The notes below the pieces were generated by a model. That model searched no databases. It was not told where the DNA came from and saw only the letters and a list, made by a program, of their open reading frames with translations. From Lichenihabitans sp. (GTDB lineage: Bacteria; Pseudomonadota; Alphaproteobacteria; Rhizobiales; Beijerinckiaceae), in NCBI GenBank assembly GCA_965214345.1, contig CBDCBJ010000005.1, positions 11,744 to 75,743 on the forward strand: a stretch of DNA of 64,000 nt, written 5' to 3'. Both the position numbers and the translations under genes were made by a program. This document shows positions 1 through 9,542 of the stretch, piece after piece (position 1 is the first letter of the stretch; every line of letters begins with the position of its first letter).

Positions 1-1475
1 ACGAGATACTTCGATCCCGACGAGATATCGACGACGCCAACGCCCTGCCGCACCGCGCGGCACTCGTCGCCGATGATGCCGAAGGCATTCGACCGGCCGA
101 ACGTCGGCACCTCGCGGAACCCGGCTCCGGCTGGCGGAAAGTAAGCCGGCCCCTCGTAGCCGTAGCTGCTGATAAACTGGGCCCCTTTGGCCTCGTGCAC
201 CGGATACAGTGGCGACGTCTTGAGCGGCCTCCCGACGGGCCAGACCTCATTGGGATACGGCACGTCGAACCGGCGACCGTAGAATTCGCGAGCGCGCGCA
301 ATGACGACCGGCTCCGGCAGCTGCGGATCGAAGCGCGCGATATCCATGCCGAAAACGTCGATCGTGGGTTGACCCTGGATCATCCACTCGGCGAGCGACC
401 GCCCGACCCCGCCGCCCTGGACGAACCCCGCCATGACCCCGCAGGCGACCCAGTAATTGGGCAAGCCGACGAGCGGGCCGACGAGCGGATTGCCGTCGGG
501 CGAGAAGGTGAATGGACCATTGATGATGCGCTTGATACCGGCTCGGGCGATCGCCGGAAAGCGTTCGAAACCCCGGGTCAGCTCGTCGCCGATGCGGTCG
601 AGATCAGGGATGAGGAGTTCGTCCTCCGCATAGTCCCACGGTGTTCCCGCCACCGCCCACGGCGTCGCCTTCGCTTCATATACGCCGAGGAGCATCCCGC
701 CACGTTCTTGGCGCATGTACAGACCGCCGTCGAGGTCGGCGACCGCCGGCAGTTCGGGCAGGCCGACGAGTTCAGGCAGGTCCTCGGTAATTAAGTAATG
801 GTGTTCCATCGGGACCAGCGGCAGCTGTACCCCGACCATCTGGCCGACTTCACGCGCCCACAGGCCGGCGGCGTTGACGACGTGCTCGGCGACTATCGTG
901 CCCCGATCGGTCCTCACTTCCCATTCGCCGCTCGGCAGCAGCGACAGCGCCTCGACCTTGGTGTGCTTGTGGATCGTCGCGCCGGCGTTGCGCGCGGCGA
1001 TAGCGTAGGCGTTGGTCGCGCTCGACGGGTCGATGTAGCCTTCGATCGGGTCCCAGATCGCCCCGATCACCTTCGACACGTCCATAATCGGTACGCGTTT
1101 CTTGATCTCCGCGGGGCCGACCAGCTCCGACTCGAGACCCAGCACCCGGTGGCGCGTATATTCCGCCAGCAGCGAATTCCAACGCGCCTCGGTGGCCGCG
1201 ACGAGAAGCCCGCCGACATAATGCGCGCCCGTGTCCTGACCCGTCAGCGCCTCGAGCTCCTTGTAGATGCCGCAGGTATAGGCCTGCAGCCGCGAGATGT
1301 TGGCGTTGCCGTTGACCGTGTGGAAGCCGCCGGCGGCGTGCCACGTCGATCCCGCCGTCAGCTCCTTCCGCTCGAGCAGGACGACGTCGGTCCAGCCCAA
1401 CTTCGTCAGATGATACAGGACGCTGCAACCGATGACGCCGCCACCGATCACGACCACGCGGGCATGTTGCTTCAC
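1..1475 (-). CDS. FAD-dependent oxidoreductase of the dimethylglycine/sarcosine dehydrogenase family (3' end cut by the window edge)
   Basis: Not in the ORF track because it runs off the left edge. Hand translation of the minus strand from GTG at 1475 (AAGGAG about 7 nt upstream) gives VKQHARVVVIGGGVIGCSVLYHLTKLGWTDVVLLERKELTAGSTWHAAGGFH..., with a GxGxxG FAD fold, and stays open to base 1. The last visible part (FGRSNAFGIIGDECRAVRQGVGVVDIS) looks like the start of a GcvT-type folate-binding domain. Confidence 0.85.
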   Translation of the reverse strand, partial: MKQHARVVVIGGGVIGCSVLYHLTKLGWTDVVLLERKELTAGSTWHAAGGFHTVNGNANISRLQAYTCGIYKELEALTGQDTGAHYVGGLLVAATEARWNSLLAEYTRHRVLGLESELVGPAEIKKRVPIMDVSKVIGAIWDPIEGYIDPSSATNAYAIAARNAGATIHKHTKVEALSLLPSGEWEVRTDRGTIVAEHVVNAAGLWAREVGQMVGVQLPLVPMEHHYLITEDLPELVGLPELPAVADLDGGLYMRQERGGMLLGVYEAKATPWAVAGTPWDYAEDELLIPDLDRIGDELTRGFERFPAIARAGIKRIINGPFTFSPDGNPLVGPLVGLPNYWVACGVMAGFVQGGGVGRSLAEWMIQGQPTIDVFGMDIARFDPQLPEPVVIARAREFYGRRFDVPYPNEVWPVGRPLKTSPLYPVHEAKGAQFISSYGYEGPAYFPPAGAGFREVPTFGRSNAFGIIGDECRAVRQGVGVVDISSGSKYL

Positions 1476-1573
1476 GACCGAACTCCTTCGCTTGCAGCAG
1501 GCACTAGCGACGGTAGCCGCGGCATGTCTTGCCCCATCGTGCCAGATCGCTGCCGACCAGAGACACGTCACTC

Positions 1574-2698
1574 CTATTGTCGCCGCTCTACCTCGCTGAT
1601 GCTCCGGCTGCCCGTCATGCCGAGGCCGGCGGTGAGTTCCCCCTGCAAGATGCCGAGGAAGTCGACCACGCCCTGTTCGCCTTCGGCCGCGAGAGCCGCG
1701 ACCCACGCACGGCCAAGGAAGACGGCGTCCGCCCCAAGAGTGAGCATCTTCAGCACGTCGAGCCCCGACCTTATTCCACCATCGACGAACACCGTGCAGC
1801 GTCCGGCAACCCGGCCGGCGATGGGCGGCAGGGCATCGACCGTCGCCGCCGCGCTGTCGAGCTGCCGCCCTCCATGATTGGAAACGACAATGCCGTCGGT
1901 GCCGACGGCCACTGCTTCCTCCGCGTCGTCGGGGTCGAGGATGCCCTTGATGACCAGCGGCCCCGTCCATTGTTCGCGGATCCAGCCGATCTCGCGCCAC
2001 GTCGTCGACGGATCGATGTTGGCGGATGTCCAATGATGGGTGTCCTCGGCAAGCTTATGCGCGTCGAGGTAGCGCTGGATGTTGCCGAGTCCATGCGGGC
2101 GCCCGCGCAGACCGACGTCCCAACTCCACGCCGGACGCGCCGCCGCCTGGAAAAAACGCATCAGCTGGCCGCGCAGCCCCGGCGGTCCGAACAGTCCGGT
2201 GCGATAGTCGCGATATCGCGTGCCGAGCACCGACAGATCGGCATTGAACACAAGCGTCGAGCAGTAGCGTCGAGCCTCGTCGAGTGTCTCACGGATGAAG
2301 CCGCGGTCCTTGAACATGTTGAGCTGGAACCAGAACGGCGTCTTGAGCACATCGCCGACTTCGGCGATCGGGCAGAGCGAATAGGTCGACATGCAATAGG
2401 GAATGCCGGCGCGGCGCGCGGCTTGCGCCGCCTTGACCTCCCCCCGGCGCGAGGTCATGCCCGCCAGGCCCACGGGGCTGAGGACGACGGGCATGGCGCA
2501 ACTCTCGCCGAACAGGGTGGTCCGCGTCGTGATTTCCGACATGTCCCGCATGACGCGCTGGCGCAGCGTGACGTCGTTGAGACGTGAGCGATTGGCCCGC
2601 AGCGTGACTTCGTCGAAGGTTCCGCCGTTGATGTATTCGAACAGGAAGTGAGGCAGGCGGTCGCGGCTGAGACGCAGATAGTCCTGGAACTGCTTCAT
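1574..2698 (-). CDS. FMN-dependent alpha-hydroxy acid dehydrogenase (LldD / glycolate oxidase / (S)-mandelate dehydrogenase family)
   Basis: 374-aa ORF. Family hallmarks recognised by eye: VVSNHGGRQLD, FVDGGIRSGLDVLKMLTLGADAVFLGR, and an N-terminal YINGG-type motif. Confidence 0.9.
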   Translation of the reverse strand: MKQFQDYLRLSRDRLPHFLFEYINGGTFDEVTLRANRSRLNDVTLRQRVMRDMSEITTRTTLFGESCAMPVVLSPVGLAGMTSRRGEVKAAQAARRAGIPYCMSTYSLCPIAEVGDVLKTPFWFQLNMFKDRGFIRETLDEARRYCSTLVFNADLSVLGTRYRDYRTGLFGPPGLRGQLMRFFQAAARPAWSWDVGLRGRPHGLGNIQRYLDAHKLAEDTHHWTSANIDPSTTWREIGWIREQWTGPLVIKGILDPDDAEEAVAVGTDGIVVSNHGGRQLDSAAATVDALPPIAGRVAGRCTVFVDGGIRSGLDVLKMLTLGADAVFLGRAWVAALAAEGEQGVVDFLGILQGELTAGLGMTGSRSISEVERRQ

Positions 2699-2902
2699 CG
2701 TTGATCTCTGATGCTGCGAGGAAGACCGTCGGCCGCGCCCGATCTGTTCCGCGTTGGTCTAAGCCTGTTCGGATGTTCGGACCGGCAGGTAAGCGGCCCT
2801 GGGAGCAAAGCGCAAGATCCTAGGCCTGCGGCGCGAAGATGTGTCGCGTGAAGACAAGTTACTTCGTCGCGGGAGCGCAAGCGGCCTGTCTGCGCTGTGG
2901 CC

Positions 2903-3604
2903 TCAGCTCGAACTGCGCGGGTAGACAATGATCGACAGATAGCGGATCGGGTGCTCGATAAGGCGCTCCGGCCCGTGCTGGGCATGAGAATCAAACATCA
3001 TCGTATCGCCAGGACGCATGACGTAAATCTCACTGCCGTGGCGGTAGTCGACTTGCCCTTCGAGCATATAAAGAAGTTCGACCCCCTGATGGCTGAAGCT
3101 GGTGTGCGGCTGCGCGTCTTCCCGCAACGTGATGAGATAGGGTTCGACAACCACGTCGCCGCGCAGCAGATGACCCAGCAAATGATAGATGTGGCCCGCC
3201 TTGGTCCCGCGGCGCTCGATACTGACACCCTGCCCCGACGGGACGAAGGAGCAATCCTGCCGCTCCTCGACCGAGGCGAAAAGCGACGAGATCGGCACCG
3301 AAAGCGCTCCCGCAAGCAATTGAATCGTCTTGAGCGAGGATGATATCTGGCCGTTTTCGATTTTCGACATCATGCCGAGCGAGATGCCGGCCGCCCCCGC
3401 AAGATCGGAAACCGATAGGTCTAGCCGCCGCCGTAACCGGCGGATCTGGAGACCGAGCGCCCGCTCCAGCGTACGGCTCTCGAGCAACGGTGCGCTCGAG
3501 CCGGTGCGATACTCGTCGACCGCGTTGTCGTTTTCGTCCTTCACCCGTCCCGCAACTCTCTGTCGTGACTGCCTTCCGATACCGGACTGCGGCGCATTCC
3601 TCAA
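2903..3604 (-). CDS. XRE-family HTH transcriptional regulator with C-terminal cupin domain
   Basis: 233-aa ORF. HTH_3-like segment LGLQIRRLRRRLDLSVSDLAGAAGISLGMMSKIENGQ followed by a cupin-like C-terminus. The ORF-track start at 3604 is a TTG, so the true start may be further in. Confidence 0.75.
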   Translation of the reverse strand: MRNAPQSGIGRQSRQRVAGRVKDENDNAVDEYRTGSSAPLLESRTLERALGLQIRRLRRRLDLSVSDLAGAAGISLGMMSKIENGQISSSLKTIQLLAGALSVPISSLFASVEERQDCSFVPSGQGVSIERRGTKAGHIYHLLGHLLRGDVVVEPYLITLREDAQPHTSFSHQGVELLYMLEGQVDYRHGSEIYVMRPGDTMMFDSHAQHGPERLIEHPIRYLSIIVYPRSSS

Positions 3605-3605
3605 A

Positions 3606-5189
3606 TCAGCGGCCGATCGACGCCTCGATCAGTTTGGGGCCGGGCGAACGAATAGCGTCCGCCAGCATGGCATCGAACTGCTCGGCCGATGTCGCGCGGC
3701 GGCCGTCGATACCCATGCCCGCCGCCAGGGCGACCCAGTCCAGCGCCGGATTGTCGATGTCGAGCAGGCTGCGCGCGAGGGTGTCGTCAATCTGGGCTTT
3801 CACCCGCGCGACTTCGGCCCGCAGCACACTGTACGAGCGATTGGCTAGGATTATGGTGACGACGTCGAGTTTCTCCCGCGCCTGCGTCCAGAGTGCCTGA
3901 AACGTATACATCGCGCTCCCGTCGGCCTGGATGTTGACGATCTTCCGGTCCGCCGCCGCGATTGCCGCACCGGTAGCGAGCGGGATACCCTGGCCGATCG
4001 CGCCGCCGGTCAAGGCAAGGTGCATATAGGGGTTTGCCACCGACAGCGCGGTGACGATCGGCAAGGCGTTGCTGATCGCCTCTTCGGAGACGATGGTGCC
4101 CTCCGGCAGGTGTCGGGCGAGCGATCGGCCGATGGTCGCTGCGGTCAGCGGCCCGGACGGGCACGACAGATCGGCCTCCGCCTTGAGCTGCGACACGGCG
4201 GCGTCAGCTCCCACGGCATCGGCCAAGGCTTCGAGCGCCTGGACCTCGTCCTGATGCTCGTGGGACAGATATGTGCCTGCGGTGTCCCTCGGCACGCACC
4301 AACTCGGGTAATCGGGATAGGCGAACGGCGCGATCGGCGGCTGCGTGCCGACCAGGATAAGGTCGGTCGCACCGGTAAGCACGTGGACCACGTCCTCCGC
4401 GCGGTAGGGGATGCGCATGACCGGACAGCGGCCGCGGCCGCGCAGGACTTTGCCCGTCGCGAGATCCATCAACGCGCGCGCGCCGGTACGAGCGCAGATG
4501 CGGTCAAGTGCGGCAAGACCGGCCGCATCACCGGCGGCGGCACGGACGAGGATGAAGCTGGAGCTGCCGCGCTCCTCGAGAATGCGGGCGACGCGGGCCA
4601 CCGCATCGTCGTCGACGGCCGCCGGGCGCTGCGGCGGCAGCGGTCGACAGGGGCCGTCGCTGAGACCCCATGCGGCGTCGGCCGGCAGGATCAGGGTAGC
4701 GATCCGGCCGGGTTTCTCTAACGCTGCGGCAACCGCACGAGCACCATCGGCGGCAACCGTCTGCGCGCTCGACGATATCGTGAGCCAGTCGGACGCCGGA
4801 CGGGCAAATCCGGCGACGTCCGTCTTGAGCGCGCTATCCCACTGCACGTGGTAGCTCGCATGGTCGCCGACGATGTTGACGACCGGACTCTTGGCGCGGC
4901 GTGCATTGTGCAGGTTGGCGATACCATTGGTGAAACCCGTTCCAAGGTGGAGCAGCGTGATCGCCGGTACGCCGCTAACCCGGGCGTAGCCATCAGCCAT
5001 GCCGGTGACGGCTCCCTCGAACAGGCCTAGCACCGGCCTGATCTCGGGAACCTTGTCGAGAGCTGCCACGAGATGCATCTCCGAAGTTCCCGGATTAGCG
5101 AAGCACACCCGGATACCGGCTTGCGCTACGGTGTGGAGCAGGCTCTCGGCTCCAGTCATCTTGGTCGCGAGTGTCTCAGGTTTTTGCAC
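3606..5189 (-). CDS. Thiamine-pyrophosphate-binding enzyme (acetolactate synthase / benzoylformate decarboxylase superfamily)
   Basis: 527-aa ORF. N-terminal TPP-pyrimidine domain (GIRVCFANPGTSEMH...GMADGYARVSG) and C-terminal GAIGQGIPLATGAA...IQADGSAMYT TPP-binding motif. GTG at 5189 has AGAGGA upstream; an alternative ATG lies at 5159. Confidence 0.85.
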   Translation of the reverse strand: MQKPETLATKMTGAESLLHTVAQAGIRVCFANPGTSEMHLVAALDKVPEIRPVLGLFEGAVTGMADGYARVSGVPAITLLHLGTGFTNGIANLHNARRAKSPVVNIVGDHASYHVQWDSALKTDVAGFARPASDWLTISSSAQTVAADGARAVAAALEKPGRIATLILPADAAWGLSDGPCRPLPPQRPAAVDDDAVARVARILEERGSSSFILVRAAAGDAAGLAALDRICARTGARALMDLATGKVLRGRGRCPVMRIPYRAEDVVHVLTGATDLILVGTQPPIAPFAYPDYPSWCVPRDTAGTYLSHEHQDEVQALEALADAVGADAAVSQLKAEADLSCPSGPLTAATIGRSLARHLPEGTIVSEEAISNALPIVTALSVANPYMHLALTGGAIGQGIPLATGAAIAAADRKIVNIQADGSAMYTFQALWTQAREKLDVVTIILANRSYSVLRAEVARVKAQIDDTLARSLLDIDNPALDWVALAAGMGIDGRRATSAEQFDAMLADAIRSPGPKLIEASIGR

Positions 5190-5512
5190 GAAATCGCATC
5201 CTCTGTCTTTGTATCGTGTGAGGTGCCCGGATCAGCCCCATCCCGCTGCTCGTTATACTGACCTGTCGCCTACCCCGCTGAACTCGCGGTACCGACTCGT
5301 CGACAGCACTCCGCCGCCCCCCGTTTGATTATTCTCTTGAAGAAAATTAGTTGCCTCAGCTATTGCAGCTGCGCAACATGAGGCGTAGCGTGGAAGTTAT
5401 CTTGTCCGGATGCGACAAGCGTGTTTGTTGGCGCGAGACGGTCGACAGCTCCCGGTGCGTAGCGGTCAGAGAATCGCACACACGACAGATGGGGGCATAA
5501 GGGGAGTAGGCG

Positions 5513-6454
5513 ATGATCAATTTCTCCACTGGATCCATGCCGCAAAGCGAGTCCCGCGATGCGTGGAGCGAGCAGTTGACTAGCTTGTGCGGCCGAGCGG
5601 CAAATCTACTCTTCTCAAAAGAGGGTTTCGCAGCCGAGATCAAGCTGCGCGACGTCGGCGGCATTGGCATCGGCCACCTGTCGCATAATGCACGCGAGAT
5701 CGGCCAGGACAAGGCCACGCTCACAGACGACCGATGCCGGCACATGATGCTGGTGGTTCAGCTCAGCGGGCGGGCGATGATCTCGCAGGGTGACGCTGAG
5801 ACCGAGATTGCGGCGCACGATCTCGCCATAATCGATACATATCGCCCTTTCGTCTGTCGCTTCAGTGGTGCCAATCGCCAGCTGGCAGCTTATATTCCTG
5901 CCGCCGAGCTTACGGTCAAATGTCCCGGCAATCGCTTCGTGCGACCCCTCCGTTGGACAGGGCGCGCTGGCATCGGCGGCCTCGTCCGATCGACCTTGAT
6001 GGCTATGGCGCGATCAGCCGATCGATACGACGAGAACGATGCCGTTCACGCCCGTCAGATGCTGGTCGGGCTCGTGGCACACATGGTGGAGCGCGAGAAA
6101 GCACCTCGGGCAGCCGCGAATCAGCCGTTGCCGAGCCGGCGCATCAGGGCCTTCATTGACGCGCATCTGGCCGACCCGGAACTGGCTCCGGCACAGATTG
6201 CCGCCGGCTGTGGCATTTCTGTCCGGCGGCTGCACCGATCATTCGCCGACACGGAATGGTCAGTCTGCGAACTGATCCGCCAGCGCCGGCTGGCCAAATG
6301 CCGCGAGGACCTTCTCGACTCCGCCAATGACGACCTTTCGATCACTCAGATCGCCTTCCGCTGGGGCTTCAATGATGCAGCGCATTTCAGCCGGGCCTTC
6401 CGCAATGTTTATGACCAGTCGCCGCGCGATGTTCGGCGACAGCTCGCCGCCTGA
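5513..6454 (+). CDS. AraC-family transcriptional regulator
   Basis: 313-aa ORF with a C-terminal double-HTH signature (ITQIAFRWGFNDAAHFSRAFRNVYDQSPRDVRR). GGGGAG RBS before the ATG. Confidence 0.85.
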   Translation: MINFSTGSMPQSESRDAWSEQLTSLCGRAANLLFSKEGFAAEIKLRDVGGIGIGHLSHNAREIGQDKATLTDDRCRHMMLVVQLSGRAMISQGDAETEIAAHDLAIIDTYRPFVCRFSGANRQLAAYIPAAELTVKCPGNRFVRPLRWTGRAGIGGLVRSTLMAMARSADRYDENDAVHARQMLVGLVAHMVEREKAPRAAANQPLPSRRIRAFIDAHLADPELAPAQIAAGCGISVRRLHRSFADTEWSVCELIRQRRLAKCREDLLDSANDDLSITQIAFRWGFNDAAHFSRAFRNVYDQSPRDVRRQLAA

Positions 6455-6563
6455 CGCGCGACGAGGCAAGCGCGGGCGTCGCCCATAAGCAAGCACGAAC
6501 GGCCTGCGATGCCTAAAGATCACTCCGCATGATGCCTAGGCCCTGCCAAGATGCCGGATTAAC

Positions 6564-8267
6564 ATGAGCGCAGCCTATGTCGCGACGATCGAGGCAGTCC
6601 TGAATCAGATCGAGATCACGCCGGGCATCGAACGGTTGCGCGAGATCGCCAGCGATGCCCTGCAGGTCGATCTCATGCGCGCGGTTCTGACCGAGGCGGG
6701 GCGCTTGTCGGCAGCGAAGCTGGCCCCTTTTGACCGGCAGGCCGATCGGGCGGGTTGCACGCTCGAGAACGGCCGGGTCCGGCTGTCGCCCGAGCACGCG
6801 GCGGCGTGGACGGAATATCGCCAGGCCGGGTGGAGTGGAATCGACATCGACCAGCGCTTCGGTGGCCAGGGGCTGCCGACGGCGATCGCCATTCCGATCC
6901 AAGAGATGTTCGATCGCGGGTCTGTGAGCTTTGGCATGGCACCGGGGGCGGCCCGGTCGGCCGCGCGTTTGCTGCAGGCCCATGCGACACCGGAACTAGC
7001 CCATGCGTGGATTCCTAAGCTGGCGTCCGGCGTCGCGAGCGCGACCATCTGCATCTCCGAACCCGATGCCGGATCCGATGTCGGCCGCGTCCGCACGGCG
7101 GCACGCCGAGACGCGGACGGAAGTTGGCGACTCGACGGCGAGAAAATGTGGATTTCCTTCGGCGATCATCCGCTGACAGACGAGATCATTCACCTCGTCC
7201 TCGCGCGGACCGATGCCGCGGCGGCGGGTACCCGCGGGCTCAGCGTATTCCTGGTGCCGAGCGTGCTGCAAGATGGCGATGTCCGCCGCCGCAACACGGT
7301 GGTCGTCCGCCGACTGGAAGAAAAGCTTGGACTGCACGGCTCGCCGACCTGCGCGCTCGGCTTCGAGTCGGCCGTCGCGGTGCTGATCGGCAGCGAAGGC
7401 CGGGGTGTGCCGCAGCTGTTCCGGATGATCGTCGCCATGCGCCTTCAAGTTGGTACGCAGGGGCTGGGCCTCGCTACAGCCTGCCTTGTCGCGGCGGCAA
7501 ATTACGCTGACGAGCGGCGGCAGGGGGGCGAGCGCGATCGCCCCCCCGTGGCTATCAGTACACATGCCGATGTCCAGCTGATGCTGGTTGGGATGGCCTC
7601 CCGGATTGCCACGCTGCGCGGCGTTGTCTATGCTGCGGCGGTTGCCGCTGACCTTGCCGATGTGGCAGACGAGACCGCGCGGCCGATTGCAGCGCTGCTG
7701 CTTGGCTGGCTCTTGCCGATCGTCAAGAACAGCGCTGCCGAAACTGCGTACGACATCGCGAGCGAATCCGTGCTGCTGTTCGGCGGCGCGGGTTACACCA
7801 CGGACTGGCCGATCGAGCGTCATCTTCGCGATGCGCGGATACTCGCCATCTACGAGGGAACCACGGGGATGCAGGCGCTCGACCTCGTGCGCCGACGCTG
7901 GCTGGTGCCGGGCAGCGGCTACGAAACCTTCATCGCCGCGATCGAGCACGACGTGGCAACGCTCCCGACCGATTGCAGCCGCCCGCTACGCCTGGCGGTC
8001 GAGCAGCTCGCCGGGGCGACGAGCTGGCTGCGCGCTGCCGAGCGCACGCCGATCGAGATCGATGCTGCGGCGCGCGCCGGACTGACGGCTGCGACGCTGG
8101 TCGCGCACGGCTGGGCAGCCGCTCGGCTGGCGGCGGCCGGTGACGCCCGGCTGGCGGCCTGCGGACGACACGCCTTGTCCCTGATGGCGCAGCAGCTCCC
8201 AGGGGCGATCGTCGCGATGACCGAGGGATCGGCCAGGCTCGATGCCTTCGCCAGCCTTGCAGCCTAG
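6564..8267 (+). CDS. Long acyl-CoA dehydrogenase family protein (DmdC/AcdA-like length class)
   Basis: 567-aa ORF. ACAD features seen by eye: GGQGLP..., ICISEPDAGSDV, and YEGTTGMQALDLVRR near the C-terminal domain. Confidence 0.8.
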   Translation: MSAAYVATIEAVLNQIEITPGIERLREIASDALQVDLMRAVLTEAGRLSAAKLAPFDRQADRAGCTLENGRVRLSPEHAAAWTEYRQAGWSGIDIDQRFGGQGLPTAIAIPIQEMFDRGSVSFGMAPGAARSAARLLQAHATPELAHAWIPKLASGVASATICISEPDAGSDVGRVRTAARRDADGSWRLDGEKMWISFGDHPLTDEIIHLVLARTDAAAAGTRGLSVFLVPSVLQDGDVRRRNTVVVRRLEEKLGLHGSPTCALGFESAVAVLIGSEGRGVPQLFRMIVAMRLQVGTQGLGLATACLVAAANYADERRQGGERDRPPVAISTHADVQLMLVGMASRIATLRGVVYAAAVAADLADVADETARPIAALLLGWLLPIVKNSAAETAYDIASESVLLFGGAGYTTDWPIERHLRDARILAIYEGTTGMQALDLVRRRWLVPGSGYETFIAAIEHDVATLPTDCSRPLRLAVEQLAGATSWLRAAERTPIEIDAAARAGLTAATLVAHGWAAARLAAAGDARLAACGRHALSLMAQQLPGAIVAMTEGSARLDAFASLAA

Positions 8268-8354
8268 GGCAGTGACGGGCAATATGATCGTTATCCAATA
8301 CAAGCGGGTGGATCCGACAGAGCGGCGGACGAGCGTGGAGCGTGCGGAGCGCTG

Positions 8355-9542
8355 ATGATCAAGCCCGGCATTTCATGGCGGTTTGTTGCCTTCGTCTTCG
8401 CCGTCGCCGTCGGCAACGCGGTGGCACATCTCTGTACCAGTGCGATGCCGCTGCAGATCGGCGCGCTGATGGATGGCTTCGCGCTATCCGCGACGGCCGC
8501 CGGGCTGTTCGGGTTTTTTCAGGTTGGCGCTCTGGCACTCGGCATGATCTTCTTCGCGCCCTTATCGCACCGATATCGACCGTTCAGCGTCTGCATCATC
8601 GGCCTCTTCATCGCGGCTGCGACCAACATGGCGATCTATTTCGCGGCAGCAAGCCTGCCCTTGCTGTGCCTGCTCGGCCTGCTTAGCGGCTTCGGCTATT
8701 GCCTCATGCTGTCGGCGACGGTTGGCGCGCCGGCGGCGTCTCTCCAGCCCGACAAGGTCTACGCCGCTTCCAGTTCCGGAGGTTTGCTCTTGCTGGTCGG
8801 GCTACTCTCGCTCCTGCCGGTGACCAATAGCTACTTTGGCGTGCGCGGCATCTTTCTCGGCATCGCCATCCTGCTCATCTGCTCGATCCCCCTTCTGTGG
8901 GGTTTTCGCTACATGACGGCGGGGGCAAAGGTCGTGGTTCCGCCACGCGGCCGGCTGAAGGGAGGCCTGCCGTTGCTGATCATCTGGGTCCTGTTCTCGC
9001 TTGGCTCGGGCGCGATGTGGTCCTTCGCGGAGCGGATCGGTCACGCCCTGCATCTGTCCGCGACCACTATCGGCTTCGTGCTGTCGACCAGCGTCTTCAT
9101 GAGCCTGATCGGCAGCGGTGTGGCAGCCTTTGCCAGCGACCGGATCGGTCGCGCGACAGCGATCGGCATCGGACTCGTCGGCGGCGGCGCGGCGTGCTTG
9201 ATGCTGGCGCTGGCGAACGGCCTGTGGATCTATGCCATCGCTGCCGCACTGTACTGGATATTCAGCATCTTCTTCTACGTGTTGATGCTTGGCACCGCTG
9301 CCGCGATTGACCCGAGCGGCCGCCTGGCGACACTCGGTACCGGCTGCGAACGCCTCGCTTTTGCGTTCGGGGCACCAATCGGGGGATTGTTCGTCGACTT
9401 CGGGTCGTTCCTCTGGATCGGGCTGCTCGCCGTGGCGACCTGCTCGTTCCTGGCGCCGCTGTGCCTGCCGGCGCTTAGCCGCGCAGTGCGCCGAGCCCAT
9501 GCCGACCGGCACGTCGACGCGGTTCCGATCCCACTGCTTTAG
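8355..9542 (+). CDS. MFS transporter
   Basis: 395-aa highly hydrophobic ORF with about 12 predicted helices. Its end overlaps the convergent MetE-like gene by 4 nt. Confidence 0.8.
   Translation: MIKPGISWRFVAFVFAVAVGNAVAHLCTSAMPLQIGALMDGFALSATAAGLFGFFQVGALALGMIFFAPLSHRYRPFSVCIIGLFIAAATNMAIYFAAASLPLLCLLGLLSGFGYCLMLSATVGAPAASLQPDKVYAASSSGGLLLLVGLLSLLPVTNSYFGVRGIFLGIAILLICSIPLLWGFRYMTAGAKVVVPPRGRLKGGLPLLIIWVLFSLGSGAMWSFAERIGHALHLSATTIGFVLSTSVFMSLIGSGVAAFASDRIGRATAIGIGLVGGGAACLMLALANGLWIYAIAAALYWIFSIFFYVLMLGTAAAIDPSGRLATLGTGCERLAFAFGAPIGGLFVDFGSFLWIGLLAVATCSFLAPLCLPALSRAVRRAHADRHVDAVPIPLL

Noticed and set aside
195-1877. Plus-strand ORFs 195..794 and 798..1877, and the minus-strand ORF 850..1428
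   Set aside because: They overlap the hand-translated DMGDH-family gene on the minus strand, which has clear FAD and folate-domain motifs. Their own translations are Arg/Pro/Asp-rich with no motifs.
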